The notes beneath the pieces were generated by a model. That model ran no database searches and was not told where the DNA came from. It saw only the letters and a program-made list of their open reading frames with translations. Of a DNA stretch of 64,000 nucleotides, positions 1-16,464 are shown one piece after another; position 1 is the stretch's first letter, and the number at the start of each line of letters is the position of its first letter. Position numbers and translations under genes: made by a program. Origin of the DNA: the human T2T-CHM13v2.0 reference genome, Homo sapiens; the NCBI RefSeq assembly GCF_009914755.1, contig NC_060932.1, one strand, 5' to 3'.

Positions 1-51
1 CTCGGCCTCCCAAAGTGCTGGGATTATAGGCGTGAGCCACTGCACCCAGCC
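1..51 (-). mobile_element. Alu 5' end (cut by window edge)
   Basis: ctcggcctcccaaagtgctgggattataggcgtgagccactgcacccagcc. Confidence 0.95.
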
Positions 52-54
52 GGA

Positions 55-220
55 GTTCTTATCCATTGTTGATGGGAATGCAAAATGGTGCAGCCATGTG
101 GAAAGCAACTGGGCAGTTTTGTAAAAGGTTGAGCGTGCACTGACCACATGACCTAGCAGTCCCTATCTATCTAGGTATTTATCCCCCCAAAATTAAAAAT
201 TACATTCACACAAAAATCTC
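55..220 (+). mobile_element. Old L1M 3' ORF2 fragment
   Basis: ttgatgggaatgcaaaatggtgcagcc...gacctagcagtccc...ctaggtatttatccc. Confidence 0.7.
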
Positions 221-629
221 TCTTTTAAACTCTGCTTTGATTTGCATTGCTTCTCTAATTTACATACTCCTTATCCCTTACTATGCTGTCCAAAGAATTT
301 TCTGTATTTTATTCTTCTGTTTCTAGCCCGACTTCTGCCAGCTCATGCCCCATCTCCTCCTTTTTCTCACTTTCTCCTCGTGTTTTCTTACAAAGTCTTC
401 CTTGAGTTTCTAATTTATAATCTTCTTTCACATAGGTGATTGCTTTATAAGGTTTTATTTTTTATGATTTATGGCAAAATATACTACTCAGATTTTTTTA
501 TTTGTTCTGGGTAACATTTTCCTATTTAGAGTTTCATCTAGTAAATGTTGCTGTTTTTTTCCCATCCCTGTTCCTTTAAAAAAGAATACACATTTATTAT
601 GCCTGTGCCAAGTCTCTATTTGCTTCTCA

Positions 630-1060
630 TTTTCCTGGGCTATTTCCAGGAGTCCTTCCGGGCATGGATACTTGCTGGAGACTGGTGGCCACAGTGACCA
701 TGTCCTTTACTCTGCATGTCTTTTTTGCGCCCCAACCCCCTACAGGCCTTCTTTGGATCCCTGTAAACTGGGTTGGCAGTAATGCAGCTGGACCCTGTAA
801 GAAATTTTTCTTCGTAGCAAGCACAACATTAAGCATTCTCAGCAGTAGGTGCTGGAAGGATACTGCAGGTGGAAGGGGCCTTTCTTCCTGGTCCTCTCCA
901 GCATGCTTCTGTTTGCTGCTTCTTGCTCCTATGGCGTGGTTGCCACCAGCATGTGGGGAACACCTGGTGTTGCTCGGCTCTGCCATGCCTCTCTCAGTGA
1001 GCTCGAGCCCTGTCTTCTGTTCAGTGACCTGTTCCACAAATGAGCCAAGGATGGCCCTTA
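630..1060. mobile_element. Probable ancient ERVL LTR (LTR33-like)
   Basis: ggtgctggaaggatactgcagg...ggggcctttcttcctggt resembles LTR33-family sequence; strongly diverged. Confidence 0.35.
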
Positions 1061-1570
1061 GCTTGTCAATTTCTTCACAGCAGGCTTCTCATTAGCTCAA
1101 AAGCCTGCTGGTCCCAAACTCAATGTTTTACACATCCAGCTGTTTTTGACCATAGTCTAAATAAACAGATATTTAGCCATCTAAAGCTTGTCTGCTTTGC
1201 ATACCCTGTGAAACTGCACCCAACATCTGCTAGCCACAGGTAATATGAAGCCTGTGGCTATAAAAGACCCCAAGCCATTGCTGCCCTTGAGAGCTCTCTG
1301 ACCCAGAGACTCCCCACTGTGCCAGTGAACCACATCACCTAGACGAGTAACCCCCTGTCAGAGTCCTCTTTCCTCAGAAGTCCCCTTGTCCTCTTCCTCT
1401 TCTGGATGGTGTCTCCTTAACCTCCAGATAGTCTCAGGCTGTAAAGGGCTTCTTCCCCCACATGCAACCTCCCAAAGCATTTCTCAAATGAAACCTGTGT
1501 ATGCTGCCACCACCTCGTGATCATATCTTTTTCTTGGATCAGCCTCGAAATCCCCCGAGCCCTCTACACC
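1060..1570 (+). mobile_element. MER74-like ERVL solo LTR in the intron upstream of PRSS51 exon 2
   Basis: TATA box followed by ctataaaagaccccaagcc...gagctctctgacccagagactcccca...catcacctagac. Confidence 0.6.
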
Positions 1571-2268
1571 TTTTCAGTGCAGCTGTCCCAAGACAGACAG
1601 ACACACACACCCAGGTCTTGCACCCTCCCTAGCCAGTGGGCAGGCACCTGTGTGGTGCACCAGTCCACCTGCGCTCCAGAGGGGTGTTCCTTGTTGCCAG
1701 TCATGGCCACCGTTTCCTGGCCACCTGAACTCCCGAGAGGTGCATTCTGCTTCTCTAGCAAAGGGGATCAGCTCTGGCCCCGGGCAACCCGGCAAATGTC
1801 TCTGCCTTCTGCTGGGCTGCAGACACCTTCTTCAATGTGTTGTGAGTCCCACTCCTGGGGAGGGGGAGAGGCTCCCCTGCCAAGTTCGGCTCCTCCTCAG
1901 ATACTCTCCTCCTGCCCTGCTGTATCTTAGAGTGCTCCTGATGCTTCGTAGTCGCTCCCCAGTTACAGTGTGTGATTCTTCCTGTTAAACTTTCCTTGTT
2001 CAAATCACTGCACAGCTTCCATCTCGTAAGTGGACCCTGTGTACCTTTGGTGCATCTCCATGGCCACTCTAACCCTATATGCCTCTGAAAGAGCCCTGCT
2101 CAAAGTTTACCAGGTCTCTCAGCTCTCTGCGGCTGTGAAGAATGAACACGGAAAAAGGTGCAGGTTGCTGGTGTTTTCTGAGCTCTCCCTCTCCTCGGCC
2201 TGTTTGCTGTTGGTGCTACCTTGCTCAGCTTTCAACACTGGTCTTACTTGGGAAGATTCTGGGATTAA

Positions 2269-2520
<252 letters not shown>

Positions 2521-3041
2521 TAAGTGTCTTCATCTACATCCCGTCTTGTCAATGTATTGTCTGGGCTAGGCAGCTCAGTAGGCCAGTGCACAGGCCTATG
2601 AAGCCCTAGGTTCTATGTGCAAAATGTTGCATGGGCTTTGTACCCCAGGGTCTCTGCTGTACACCCACTCCCTCCCCTTTATTTAGCCAATCATATCCAA
2701 ATGTGGGCTGTAGTCAGAGCTATGCACCCAGTACATCCAATACACTCTGTCCTGCCTGTCATCTGTGTATGAAGACAACACACTGGAATCATTGATTGAA
2801 CACCTTCCCGCTGAGCACCTACTATGTACTGTTCCAAGTGCTGTGGACATAGGAGTTGACAACACTGCCAAGGTCCCTGTCATCAAGGAGCTTACAATCT
2901 CATCTCTCAGAGGGATTCATTCCTCTTCTTTTGGTCAGGAGAGTTTCCCTGGACTGTCAACCCATTGGTTCAGAGATTTGTCAGAGCTTGGGCCCCTGAT
3001 TCCTACCTATCTGATCCTAGCCATGCTCCAGACCACTGTAG

Positions 3042-3473
<432 letters not shown>

Positions 3474-4317
3474 TAGGCTAGAGAGCATGATGCTTTGGGT
3501 GCGGTAATGCTTGGGTCTGAACTGTGGTTTTAACTCTCTTGAGCTCCTTCACCTTCCTCACCTTCAGTTTTCTCATCTGCAGAATGCCAGGAACACCTCC
3601 TCAAAAAGGTATGGGGATTAAATTAAATGAGGTCCCCAGTAAAAGCCTAGGACATAGAAGAATCTCAAAATATGAGAGCGATGATAATTTTTGTGGTGCC
3701 AAAAGCATGATAAGCCAGTTTGCATCTTCCCGCCTGTGGCTCTTTCACGATGGCCATCTCCCCATCTATTGGCCACCCCATGTAAAACACCATCCCAAGA
3801 TAGCTCTGAGCCAGTGATTCTCCAACCAAGCTCCATCCTTTTCCCTGCAAGGCACCAGGCTGCCTGGCCAGGGAAGATCTCTGGGAGGGTGGGAGTGTTG
3901 GGGGGAGAAGGCCAAGAGTGCCCCTGGCATTGTGGTCAGTTCCTTCCTACAAGGTGGCATGACCAGATGTGTCTTCTTTTTGGGTTCTCCATTTGGGTTG
4001 GTGAAGACACTGGACAACACCAATTCAAAGGTTGGGCTGCTCTGATCCTCTGCATGGGGCAAAGCCTGGCTGTGAAGAGATGGTGGGGCCAGGGAGGACC
4101 TTCATTCCAGGCTGGGGCTTTTGTGGGCTGTTTCTGGAGAGAGTGAGCTTCCCACAGGAAGCACATTTAGTGGAGGAACTTCTTGTTGGGGCTGTTGGAG
4201 TGGAGACTGAAGTCATCCCAGGCCTCCATGCCCTGTGAATTTGTCATCTGCTGGACGTTGGTGGCCTCCCAGGCTTCCATGCTGATCGCGTGTGGGCTGT
4301 TCACTGTTGCCGGCTGA

Positions 4318-4551
<234 letters not shown>

Positions 4552-4636
4552 TAGGTTCCCAAATGGGGGGGCCCTAGCCTACACCACTAGGACCCTCCCA
4601 TTTTCCCCTCCCTGTTCCTGCTGGAGGTGCCATTGA

Positions 4637-4809
<173 letters not shown>

Positions 4810-4976
4810 AGCCAGGAGGAGACAGAAAAGGAGGGGAAAGCCTACACCATAATCTCAGGATCCACGAGAAGCCGAGAAGCTCACTGGTGTGTGTTCCTCA
4901 GTACCCCTTCTTGCTAGGATTGGGGTCTCAAATGCTGCTGGCCACCATGTTTACCGGTGATAAACCTAACTGCTAA
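4810..4976 (+). pseudogene. PRSS51: Fossil C-terminal coding tail downstream of the premature stop
   Basis: SQEETEKEGKAY aligns without gaps to the paralog's [12 protein letters not shown]. Removing the cgagaagc duplication (4865-4880) opens the frame to TAA at 4974-4976. Confidence 0.75.
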
Positions 4977-5625
4977 GCTTTGGACCCACCCTTTTTCCTT
5001 CTCTTTCTTCTCTCTCCTCTCTTCCTTTCCATTCTCCCACAAGCATCTGTGGAGCATGTGCTGTGGGGTAGCATCTACACCAGCCCCCAGAAGTTAGACA
5101 TGGACTCACTTCTCCCAAATCTCACAGTCTAATGAAGGAATGTTAAACACAGTGCTAAAAAGAGGCACGAGCAGTGCATGGGGCCTCCCGGAGGAAAACA
5201 ATAACCTCCAACAAAGAAGGACGGTTTCAGGAAAGCATTGGAAACTCAACCTTGGGAAATGACTTACGTTTCTTGATCTCAGTTTCCTTGTCCATGAAAA
5301 AGCAGATTCCATTAGATGAACTGTAAGGTCTTTCATCACACCAACATTCCGTGATGCTTAATAACTTATTTCTGTCATGGAAGGCAATATTACCTCATCA
5401 TCATTGCCCCACTCTAATTCCGTCAGTTCAGTGCATGATACGGACGCACACACAGGGAACCCCCATCTGAGGTGCAAATTCTTTCATCTCCTGGGCCATC
5501 CATGAAAGAAAGTCTCCGGTAGAGTTAGGATCAGGGGTCTTTTGTCCAGTTTGAACTTGAACATGGGGAGATTATGGCTTGCTACTTATAGACCACACCA
5601 TCCTTTCTCTATCCTTAATTATTCA

Positions 5626-5631
5626 AATAAA
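5626..5631 (+). terminator. Candidate polyadenylation signal for PRSS51
   Basis: First canonical AATAAA I can see downstream of the last exon; usage unproven. Confidence 0.3.
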
Positions 5632-6179
5632 AAGTATAATGAGGTGGATTGGAGGAAGTGGCAACATCTGCCCTCTCCACATATGTGGGTCACTGAGTGA
5701 GGCCCACTGCCAGTCGCCAAAGTCATCATCCAGCCAGTGAGAAAGGATAAAAATTCCAGATGAGAAAGCAGCACATCTTTTCACTGAGTGGAAACAAAAT
5801 AGCTTGTGTGGCCAGACTGAAATATAAGTGATAAGAATTTGTTTTTAGAAAACTAAGAGACCATGTTTATTTAAAGATTGGTGCCATGAAGGACAGTCAG
5901 GGACTGGTGGTAGTTTTCTGGGAGGTCCTTTCTTGGTTATGTCTACCTGGCATAGCTACAAAGGAGACAATCATATGTGGCCCCATAAAAAAGAAAGACA
6001 TTCAGCTGCTCATTCATTCATTCATTCATTCAGACACTTTGTGAAACAGGCACTGGAAAGATACAGGAATGTAGATGGTATGGGTGGTTCATGACATCTA
6101 ATGTATATGTCACAGCCAAATTTGTGCCTCTTCTCATAGGGTCCCCTCGCAATTAGTAATTAGTTTCATTATATAAATG

Positions 6180-6515
6180 CAGTTGTCCCTTGGTATCTGT
6201 GGGAAATTGGTTCCAGGACCCTTCTTGGATACGAAAATCCATGGATGCTCAAGTTCCTCATATAAAACAGTATTTGTATATACCCTATGCAATCCTTCCA
6301 TATACTTTAAATCTTCTCTAGATTACTTATAGTGCCGAATACAATGTCAATGCTATGTAAACAGTTGTTACACTGTATTGTTCAAGGATAATAATTTTTA
6401 AAAAGTTCGTGCATGTTCAGTACAGATACAGCCATCCATATTTTTTCCAACTATTTTCTATCTGAGGTTGGTTGAATCCACAGATGCAGAAACCATGGAT
6501 ATGGAGGGCCAACTG
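6180..6515. mobile_element. MER2 (TcMar-Tigger) DNA transposon
   Basis: Inverted termini cagttgtcccttggtatc ... gatatggagggccaactg; internal ttggttccaggacc, atggatgctcaagt. Confidence 0.85.
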
Positions 6516-6519
6516 AACT

Positions 6520-6645
6520 TGTATACATACATGTATACATATACTTATGTATGTATATGCGTCTGTATACTTACCTATGTATGTATGCACGTGTCTGTAT
6601 ACATACATAATTTTATATATACGTAAGTATATAAAAATATATATT
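6520..6645. repeat. Degenerate (TA)n/(TATG)n simple repeat
   Basis: gtatacatacatgtatacatatacttatgtatgtatatg... Confidence 0.8.
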
Positions 6646-6704
6646 GTTTTATTTCTAAATACATATCATTTATTTATGGATAGTTTCCTTTCATTACATG
6701 TATG

Positions 6705-7072
6705 TCAAGAGACAGGGATTTATTTCAAACAACTGGCCCATGTGATTGTGGAGGCTAGCAAGTCTAAATCTGTGGGGAAGGCAGGTAAACTGGAGACCCA
6801 AGGAAGAGGTGATGGTGCAGTATCAAGTCCGAAGGCCATCTAGGGGAAAAATTTCTTCTTTGGGGGACTTAAATCCTTTCTCCTAAGACCTTCATCTGAT
6901 TGGATGAGGCCAACTCACAAATGGAGGGCACTCTGCTTTCCTCAAGGTCTACTGATTCAAATGTTAATCACGTCTAAAAATAGCCTTCAGAGCAACATCT
7001 ACACTGCTGCTCAAACAAACAACTGGGCACCAGAGCATGGCCAAGTTGGACACATTAAATTAACCATCAACA
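6705..7072 (-). mobile_element. MLT2-type (ERVL) LTR
   Basis: gatttattt...actggcccatgtgattgtggaggctagcaagtctaaatctg...gattggatgaggcc...aaattaaccatca. Confidence 0.8.
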
Positions 7073-7140
7073 GTGTCATAGTCCCATCTCTTGGACTACT
7101 GGGAACAACATGAAATACAGGACTTCCCTCTTTGAAGTTT

Positions 7141-9815
<2,675 letters not shown>

Positions 9816-9817
<2 letters not shown>

Positions 9818-10170
9818 GAAAATGTGGTACATATACACCATGGAATACGATGCAGCCATAAAAAATGATGAGTTCATGTCCTTTGTAGGGACATGGATGA
9901 AGCTGGACACCATCACTCTCAGCAAACTATTGCAAGGACAAAAAACCAAACACCACTTGTTCTCACTCATAGGTGGGAATTGAGCAATGAGATCACATGG
10001 ACACAGGAAGGGGAACATCACACACTGGGGCCTGTTGTGGGGTGGGGGGAGGGGGGAGGGATAGCATTAGGAGATAAACCTAATGTTAAATGAAGAGTTA
10101 ATGGGTGCAGCACACCAACATGGCACATGTATACATATGTAACAAACCTGCACATGTACCCTGAAACTTT
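9816..10170 (+). mobile_element. Second L1PA 3' end in tandem, without an A-tail
   Basis: Restarts at aagaaaatgtggtacatatacaccatgg and runs to catgtaccctgaaactt. Confidence 0.93.
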
Positions 10171-10329
10171 AGATGGCAAAAGAAAGTGACTTCCCCTATG
10201 CCACTAAAACGCCACTCTTCTTGATGCCCTTCAGTTCACAGAAGGAGACACTTGGTTCTTTTCTCTCATGACCCTGAGATAGGGTTCCCTGTTTAAGTCC
10301 AAATCACAAAGGTTAACTTTTTTTTGTTT

Positions 10330-10710
10330 TTTTTTTTATCTCTACATTTAAAAAAATGAATAGGCTTTTGACAGTTACAGGTTTATAAAAAAACTGAGCA
10401 TAAAGTAAAGTATTATACAATGGATTCCCATATGCCCCACCTCCTCCCAAATTCTATTTTAATATCTTGCATTAGTGTGGCACATTACAATTAATAAGCC
10501 AATAGTGATGCATTATGATTAACTAGAATCTAGAGTTTATGTTAGGATTCACTGTTTGCATTGCACATGCTATGGGTTTTCATGGGTGTATGATGACATG
10601 TGGCCACCATTGTAGTAATCACACAGAGTGGCTTCCCTGCCTAAAAATCCTCAGTGCTTCACTTGTTCATCTATACCCTGGCAACCACTGATATTTTTAC
10701 AGTCTCCCAC
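10330..10710 (-). mobile_element. Old L1MC/MD 3' end
   Basis: aatatcttgcattagtgtgg...tagagtttatgttaggattcact...ccctggcaaccactgat. Confidence 0.7.
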
Positions 10711-10749
10711 AGATTTCCACGAATTAAGTTTGGCCAAACGTGAGTACAA

Positions 10750-12200
10750 AACATACAACTGCTAAATTCATAAACGGAAAACAAACCATCATGAAAAAGA
10801 GCAGGAGAGAAGATTACACACCCAGAGTTCAGACATTTAAATTATTAGATAGTAAATATAAATAATTATGTATAAAATATTCTTTAAAAGGAAGAAACTT
10901 AAAATGAGACTGAAAACAAAATACCATCAAAAAATGGCCAGGCAGAATTGAAAAAGAATCCAGTGAAATTTATGGAAATAAAAATAGTAAACCAGGAGAT
11001 GGATCTGAATATTGCTCAGGATGCTAAAAAGCAGTATGGGAAAACATGAGAGAGAAGTTACGAAACAAGGCAGATGGAGTTAAAAGGACTAACATATGAC
11101 TACTGAAGTTTCAGAAGAAAAGAATAGAAATAATGGAGAAAAGGAAACATTCATTCAATGAGTCCATGACCAAGAATGTTCCATAATTAATGAAAGACAT
11201 TGATCTTCCAATTCTGGAAGCACAATAGAGTCCAAGCAGAATTTATATATCTCTAAACATATTTTAGTGAAATGGCAAAACAATAAAGGCAGAGAAGATC
11301 TCAAAATTAGCATATGCGAGGAAAAAATGGATTACTTACAGCGGAGTATGAAATCAACAGACTTCTCAACGGCAGCAAGGGAAGCTAAAAGATGTTGGAA
11401 TAATACCACCAATGTGCTGAGAAAAAATAACTGCCATATTTAAATTGTTGACACTAAAAACTATCATTCATGTAAAACAGATTTTAAAAACTGGTTTTCC
11501 ACTAAAAAATTTTAATACAGACGTGCCGGAGAATGCCATTTTGGTCAATGACGAACTACATATATGATGGTGGTCAGAGCAACACACCACGCCATGTGGT
11601 CTAGGTGTGTAGTAGGCTATGCCATCTAGATTTGCATACATTGATGTGTGCCTAGCAATGAAATTGCCCAATGATACATTTCTCAGAATGTATCCTGACA
11701 TGACTGTATTTTAAAACAGTTGAAATTTTACAATTTTGAAGGTGGCATATACAGGAATATTCGTAGCACCATAGTTTATAATAACAAAAAATTAGAAACA
11801 CATAATTGCTAAATTCATAAATGGAAAACAAACCAATCTAAATGCTCATTATCAGAGACCTGAATAAATTTTGGTATAGTCAAACGGCAGAATAATCATC
11901 AGGGATCATTACATACATCAGCTGGAGTTAAACAGATCAACATAGCTGAATCTCACAATGCAGTGCAAAGGCAAGTTACAGAAAAATGTATTCAGTGGGA
12001 TATTTCTATAAATTTTGAAAACGTGTAAGGATATATTCAGATGTAGAAAAATTAAGCAACCGCAAAGGGAAAAGAAACGTAAAGTTCAGGGTATTCGTTA
12101 TGGCTGGAAGAAATGGAGAGATCCTCAGAGGGCTTCAACTATGTAGTGTTTTATTTTATGGTATTGTTGTTTTGTATAAATACAACAATATTTTGTATAG
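10750..12200 (+). mobile_element. Highly diverged L1M/HAL1-like fragments (ORF1-like and 3' region)
   Basis: A-rich sequence; ggactaacatatgactactgaagtttcagaag, cagacttctcaacggcagcaagggaagctaaaaga. Confidence 0.55.
11517..11708. mobile_element. MER47/Tigger3-like DNA transposon
   Basis: ttttggtcaatgacgaactacatatatgatggtggtc...gtctaggtgtgtagtaggctatgccatctag...catgactgta. Confidence 0.75.
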
Positions 12201-12999
12201 TTAATATTTTACTGTAATTTTAGAAAGAAATGGAAAGGAGTGAAACAGACGGAGAAAATTTGAAGTATTTATAAGCTCTTCTCATTTTGCAAAACAAAAT
12301 GCGTATTTAATGGCAAAATTAGTACTTGCGCGAGACAGCTGAAAGGGGAACAAGGGTGAAAGAATAGAGCAGCTCCAGGTTAGTAAACAGAAAGCCTTTT
12401 CTTAGAGCAGGCTTGGTTGCAGGGCTGCTCCTCCAGCTTGCCAGGGATTGTAGGAGGTCACGTCACTGTGGCTGCGACCTAAGGCCAGGAAGCTGGTGCA
12501 CCAGCCAGTGGTTGGGAGGTAGTGGGAAACATGGCTATCCTGTCTCCCCCAGGCTGTCTCACAGCCTGTAGCTGATGACCGTGAGGAAATATCACACTGA
12601 AGAGGTAGGTCACTGTAAACATCCAATCCAACTCTACCAGAGCTCAGCTTTAGCTGGCGCTGCTGCTGCCTGCATTGTACACTGCAGATATTAGTCAGTG
12701 CATCTCACTGGACCCCAAATCACATCCAGAATACTAGAGTGAGGCAGCTGCAACATGACACAGAAAAATGGAATTAGGATTTAGGGGAATTGGATTTCAG
12801 TGCCTATTGAGACACGATCTAGGAAGCCTACCACTTTGGCTGCTCACTGTATGCACACAACCTTATTAAAATTTCTAGAAAACAAGAATAGTAACAGCAT
12901 GCTCCTAACACAATGTGACTATTCTCTATGCAAACAGAACACTCTGTTCCTCTCTGAAAAGTCTCATAAAATCATCATATCCATCTTTGAGTGAGATTG

Positions 13000-13415
13000 T
13001 TTAATCACAATCTCAGCTTCACATCCCCGTCAGTTTGGGTCCTCCAAGAGCCGATGCCAAGACTGACTTATACATGAAAGAGATTTATTGGTGGAAATGC
13101 CTGGCAAGGATAAAGGATCTTGGGAACAGGAGGAGGCAGAGCATCTTCAGACCCCATTGCAAGTCTGAGTAAGTCTGGACCAGGTTGATGAGAATTCCTG
13201 AGCAAAGGGTGCCAGGTTGAGCAGTAATGGTTCAAGAAAAGTTGAACCCTGCCACTCTCAGCCATTGGCTGGGTATACTCCGTAGAAATGCAGTGTTAGT
13301 GTGACAGCTATGATGGATCTGGAGGAGCAGTAGCTGAAGGCCGTCATCAACTATGCTTCCCACAGCAGGTTCTTTTGAAGTAGATCTGGGTGGTACACCT
13401 CCATGGCCACCACAA
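13000..13415 (-). mobile_element. LTR16-like ERVL LTR
   Basis: ttgggtcctccaagagccgatgccaagac...agagatttattggtggaaatgcctggcaaggataaagg. Confidence 0.6.
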
Positions 13416-13539
13416 TCTTATATCCTAAAGATCAGTAATAAATGTAACCAATGTGAACACTTGGGGAAAAGAAGGAAAAAACAGAAATTGGTATATACAA
13501 ATACATAAAACATCATGAAAATCCAGGCCGCTGCGATTG

Positions 13540-15806
13540 TTCTCAAGTCTGCAACTGATCCTGAGGCCACAGTTGGCCTTCTTCCAATTTGAACCTCAGC
13601 TGATCGTTGTTCTTTATTTGTTGGGGTGACCATTCATTTCTGAGCACTTGATGGTTTTTCCTGTATGGCGTTGCTGTAGTTTTCCACTGATTTCTCCCTT
13701 TGGACAATGAAATAGAAAGAGCATCTTCAAAGGATGTAATGGATTTCAGACATATTCCTCCTTGTCCCCATGTGTGGAGCAAATCTCTGTTCTTTGATAT
13801 TAGGGGTCAGTCTTCTCAGCCAGGACACTAACCTTCCCCTTTGCCTATTGGCTTAGTGGTGTAATGAACTCCAAATGTCCAGGTGGCAGTCTCAACTCTC
13901 CATGCAATAAACCATCGTATTCCCTGGTAGAGACATTCTTCCCTTGGGAACTAAGGTCTCTAAACTTCCAGAGCTCAAAGTTGCAGTGGTAAGAAGCAGA
14001 ACTTTATTGGGTGTGGATCACTACGTGCAATAGTAAATGAAGCCAGTCCCACTCTTATCCCTTGGTTCCCAAACCCAAGTATTCTGGCCATACAAGAATC
14101 AGCTCCTATTGAATGTGCTTCATAATAGACACAGTACTTTGTAAAAGAGCACTCCATCCTCACATGTCATGAGATCTCAACAGGCTCAGTTGCATAACCT
14201 TCATTGGGCCATTCCACTGTTCTATCAATCAGGCATGCTGCTTCTGGCTGGTAGGACCTATGGGAAGATCCGTGAATCCCATGGGCACCGAGTGCATTGC
14301 TTCAGGTCTGTTGCATTTTAATCTGTCGCGTTTTAATCAGTTTGTAAGAAGTAATGCCAAATGCAAAACCATTGTGATGAATAATCAGGCATTTGGGGAA
14401 GTTTTGTGTGATGAGGCAGCAAAGGCCTTGTGGGCCTCGGAGACACATCCATAGACAGAATAAATAAATATCTACTACTGTGATGGAAAATTGCTGACTA
14501 CTCCATGAGGGAATGGGTCAACTGTGATCAGTTTTCCACCAGATGGGTATGTGCTACATCACCCCCAGCCTACAGACGATGGCCACAGCAGGGCCTTCCA
14601 AGGATGCTGGTGCTCTCCTTGGAAATGTATTTTTCGATGCCTGATATAACAAAGCATCCTCAGGAATCTCATAAACTAGAGTTAGAGGATGGGGGAGCAG
14701 GTCACAATAAATCCATTCTGGCATTCTTATCTAAGACTTTGGATTCCTTCTTTTATATTCTGGAAAGCAATTCTGTTTAACGGAGGCCATTTTTTTGGTC
14801 CAAGATTTTAGTTCTTCAACCAAATAGAGCCACTTCCAGCTGCTCTAGGTAAACCACTGAATTCAAAGTTTCTCTTAAGTGCACCTAGACTGATAAATTT
14901 GGCCCAGTCAAATCAAATTCTAAGTCCCTTAGAATCCATTCTTGGACATAATCATCAGATTTCTACAAATATATGTTAGAAGAATGTTGCAGTTATTTTA
15001 ATGTTTTCTATCTTCTCCTGGGTCAGATTTGAACTGATTTCTATGAATTCTACTGGGATGACTGTAATGACTGCTGTGAGAGGTGATGGGGGGTAGTGGG
15101 CTATGGGAGAATCAGCATTCCCTGGGTAAGTATTTTCTTCAGGTGAGTCTTTACAAAGTCTTCAAGCAAGAAGGGACTAGGTTCCCAGAAAGGAAAGGAA
15201 GGGAAACTCAGTGGACTTTAAGGTTGTGAAGTACGTTGATTCATCTTAACATACCCAAGTTTCTCAGTGCAATACTCCTGGTCGCAGTCCTTCCCCATTA
15301 ATCACCTTTCATGGAAGCACCTAAAGAGGCTGTGAATTCAAGTTAGGTTGTAATTCTGCCAACTTGTAGGAACAACCCTGGGTTCAATTTCTGCTACGAT
15401 AAGAGATTCTTTCAGGGGCAGTTGTAGAAGCTTCTTTGATGCTTCTCCAATGCTTTTGAATTATGCCTCTGAGTTGAAATTTTAAAGCCCTGAGATTGTT
15501 GGGGTATTTTGTGCTGTATTTTTTCTGTAAATTTTCCATTGCATTCAGTAACTTTAACCCTTGTACTTATCTCTTCCACCAGAGTATTCTATCAAAAAGG
15601 TGCTTGGTGTCTTTTAACAGGCAATTGATTCCATGAATGACAGGCCATAACTTAAGACATTGCATGTCATGGACTACCAGAAACCCATTTTCCACTAGCC
15701 AGGAGGTCATTATTGGCTTCAAGCTAATCCAAGCCTAACAACACATCTTAGACTTCCCTCCATCTTTGCAGCTGTATTTCCTGGAACCACTCTCAGTACC
15801 AAATAC
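13540..15806 (-). mobile_element. Ancient ERVL internal sequence with tRNA-Leu-like primer binding site
   Basis: Minus strand reads TGGTACTGAGAGTGGTTC (15784-15801) just after an LTR end; gag-like gcagtccttccccattaatc near 15285; no open ORF. Confidence 0.65.
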
Positions 15807-16270
15807 TGTATCAGTCAGGATTCTTTCAGGAAAATAGAAAACAATCATGTATCTCAAACAGAAAGGTATTTAATACCTGAAAATGGGTACTTCTAGAACC
15901 ATCAAAAATGCTTGAGTGTCAAGGTCAGGAAAAACGGTTGCTTCTTTACAAGAGCTCAGTGAACTACAGGAATCATTGGAACCCCCTGCAAATGATATAA
16001 TTATCTTCAGTATCAGGATGATTTGCAGAAGACCCAAAGTTAATGGCAAAACCTCATGACTGCCATCTGCTGAAATCTGCATGCCTGCACACAGCTGCCA
16101 TGGGAAAATGATTGCTCCCTTTCCTCTGCCTCCTAAAACTTGGCTGAGAATCTAAATTGGAAGCCTGCTGGGATCCTGAGAAACACAGCTCTTAGGCTTT
16201 CAGCCTCTACAATACCTGAGAGATTTAGAAAGGCAGCGATGGTGCTAAAAATCAGTATATAATATCTGGC
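15807..16270 (-). mobile_element. ERVL-class 5' LTR adjoining the PBS
   Basis: tgtatcagtcaggattctttcaggaaaatagaa is the antisense LTR terminus next to the PBS. Confidence 0.55.
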
Positions 16271-16464
16271 ATATTGACCTGCTAAATGTGGAAAACAAGA
16301 AGAGTAATTCCCTCATGTGGTTGCTATGAGGATTAAGCAAGATAACACTTGCAAATCCTGGGCATAGTATAGTGTACATGATAAGGCTTAATAATGGGTA
16401 GTGTGGTGTCTTTATCAGCCCTAAAATCAGAATAGCTCACAGCTGTCAACTCTGTCCTCTGTGA

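Noticed and set aside
471-2003. Cluster of 100-140-aa ORFs upstream of exon 2 as candidate PRSS51 exon 1
   Set aside because: They lie largely in LTR-derived DNA, and I found no ATG-signal peptide-phase-1 donor combination; exon 1 is probably upstream of the window.
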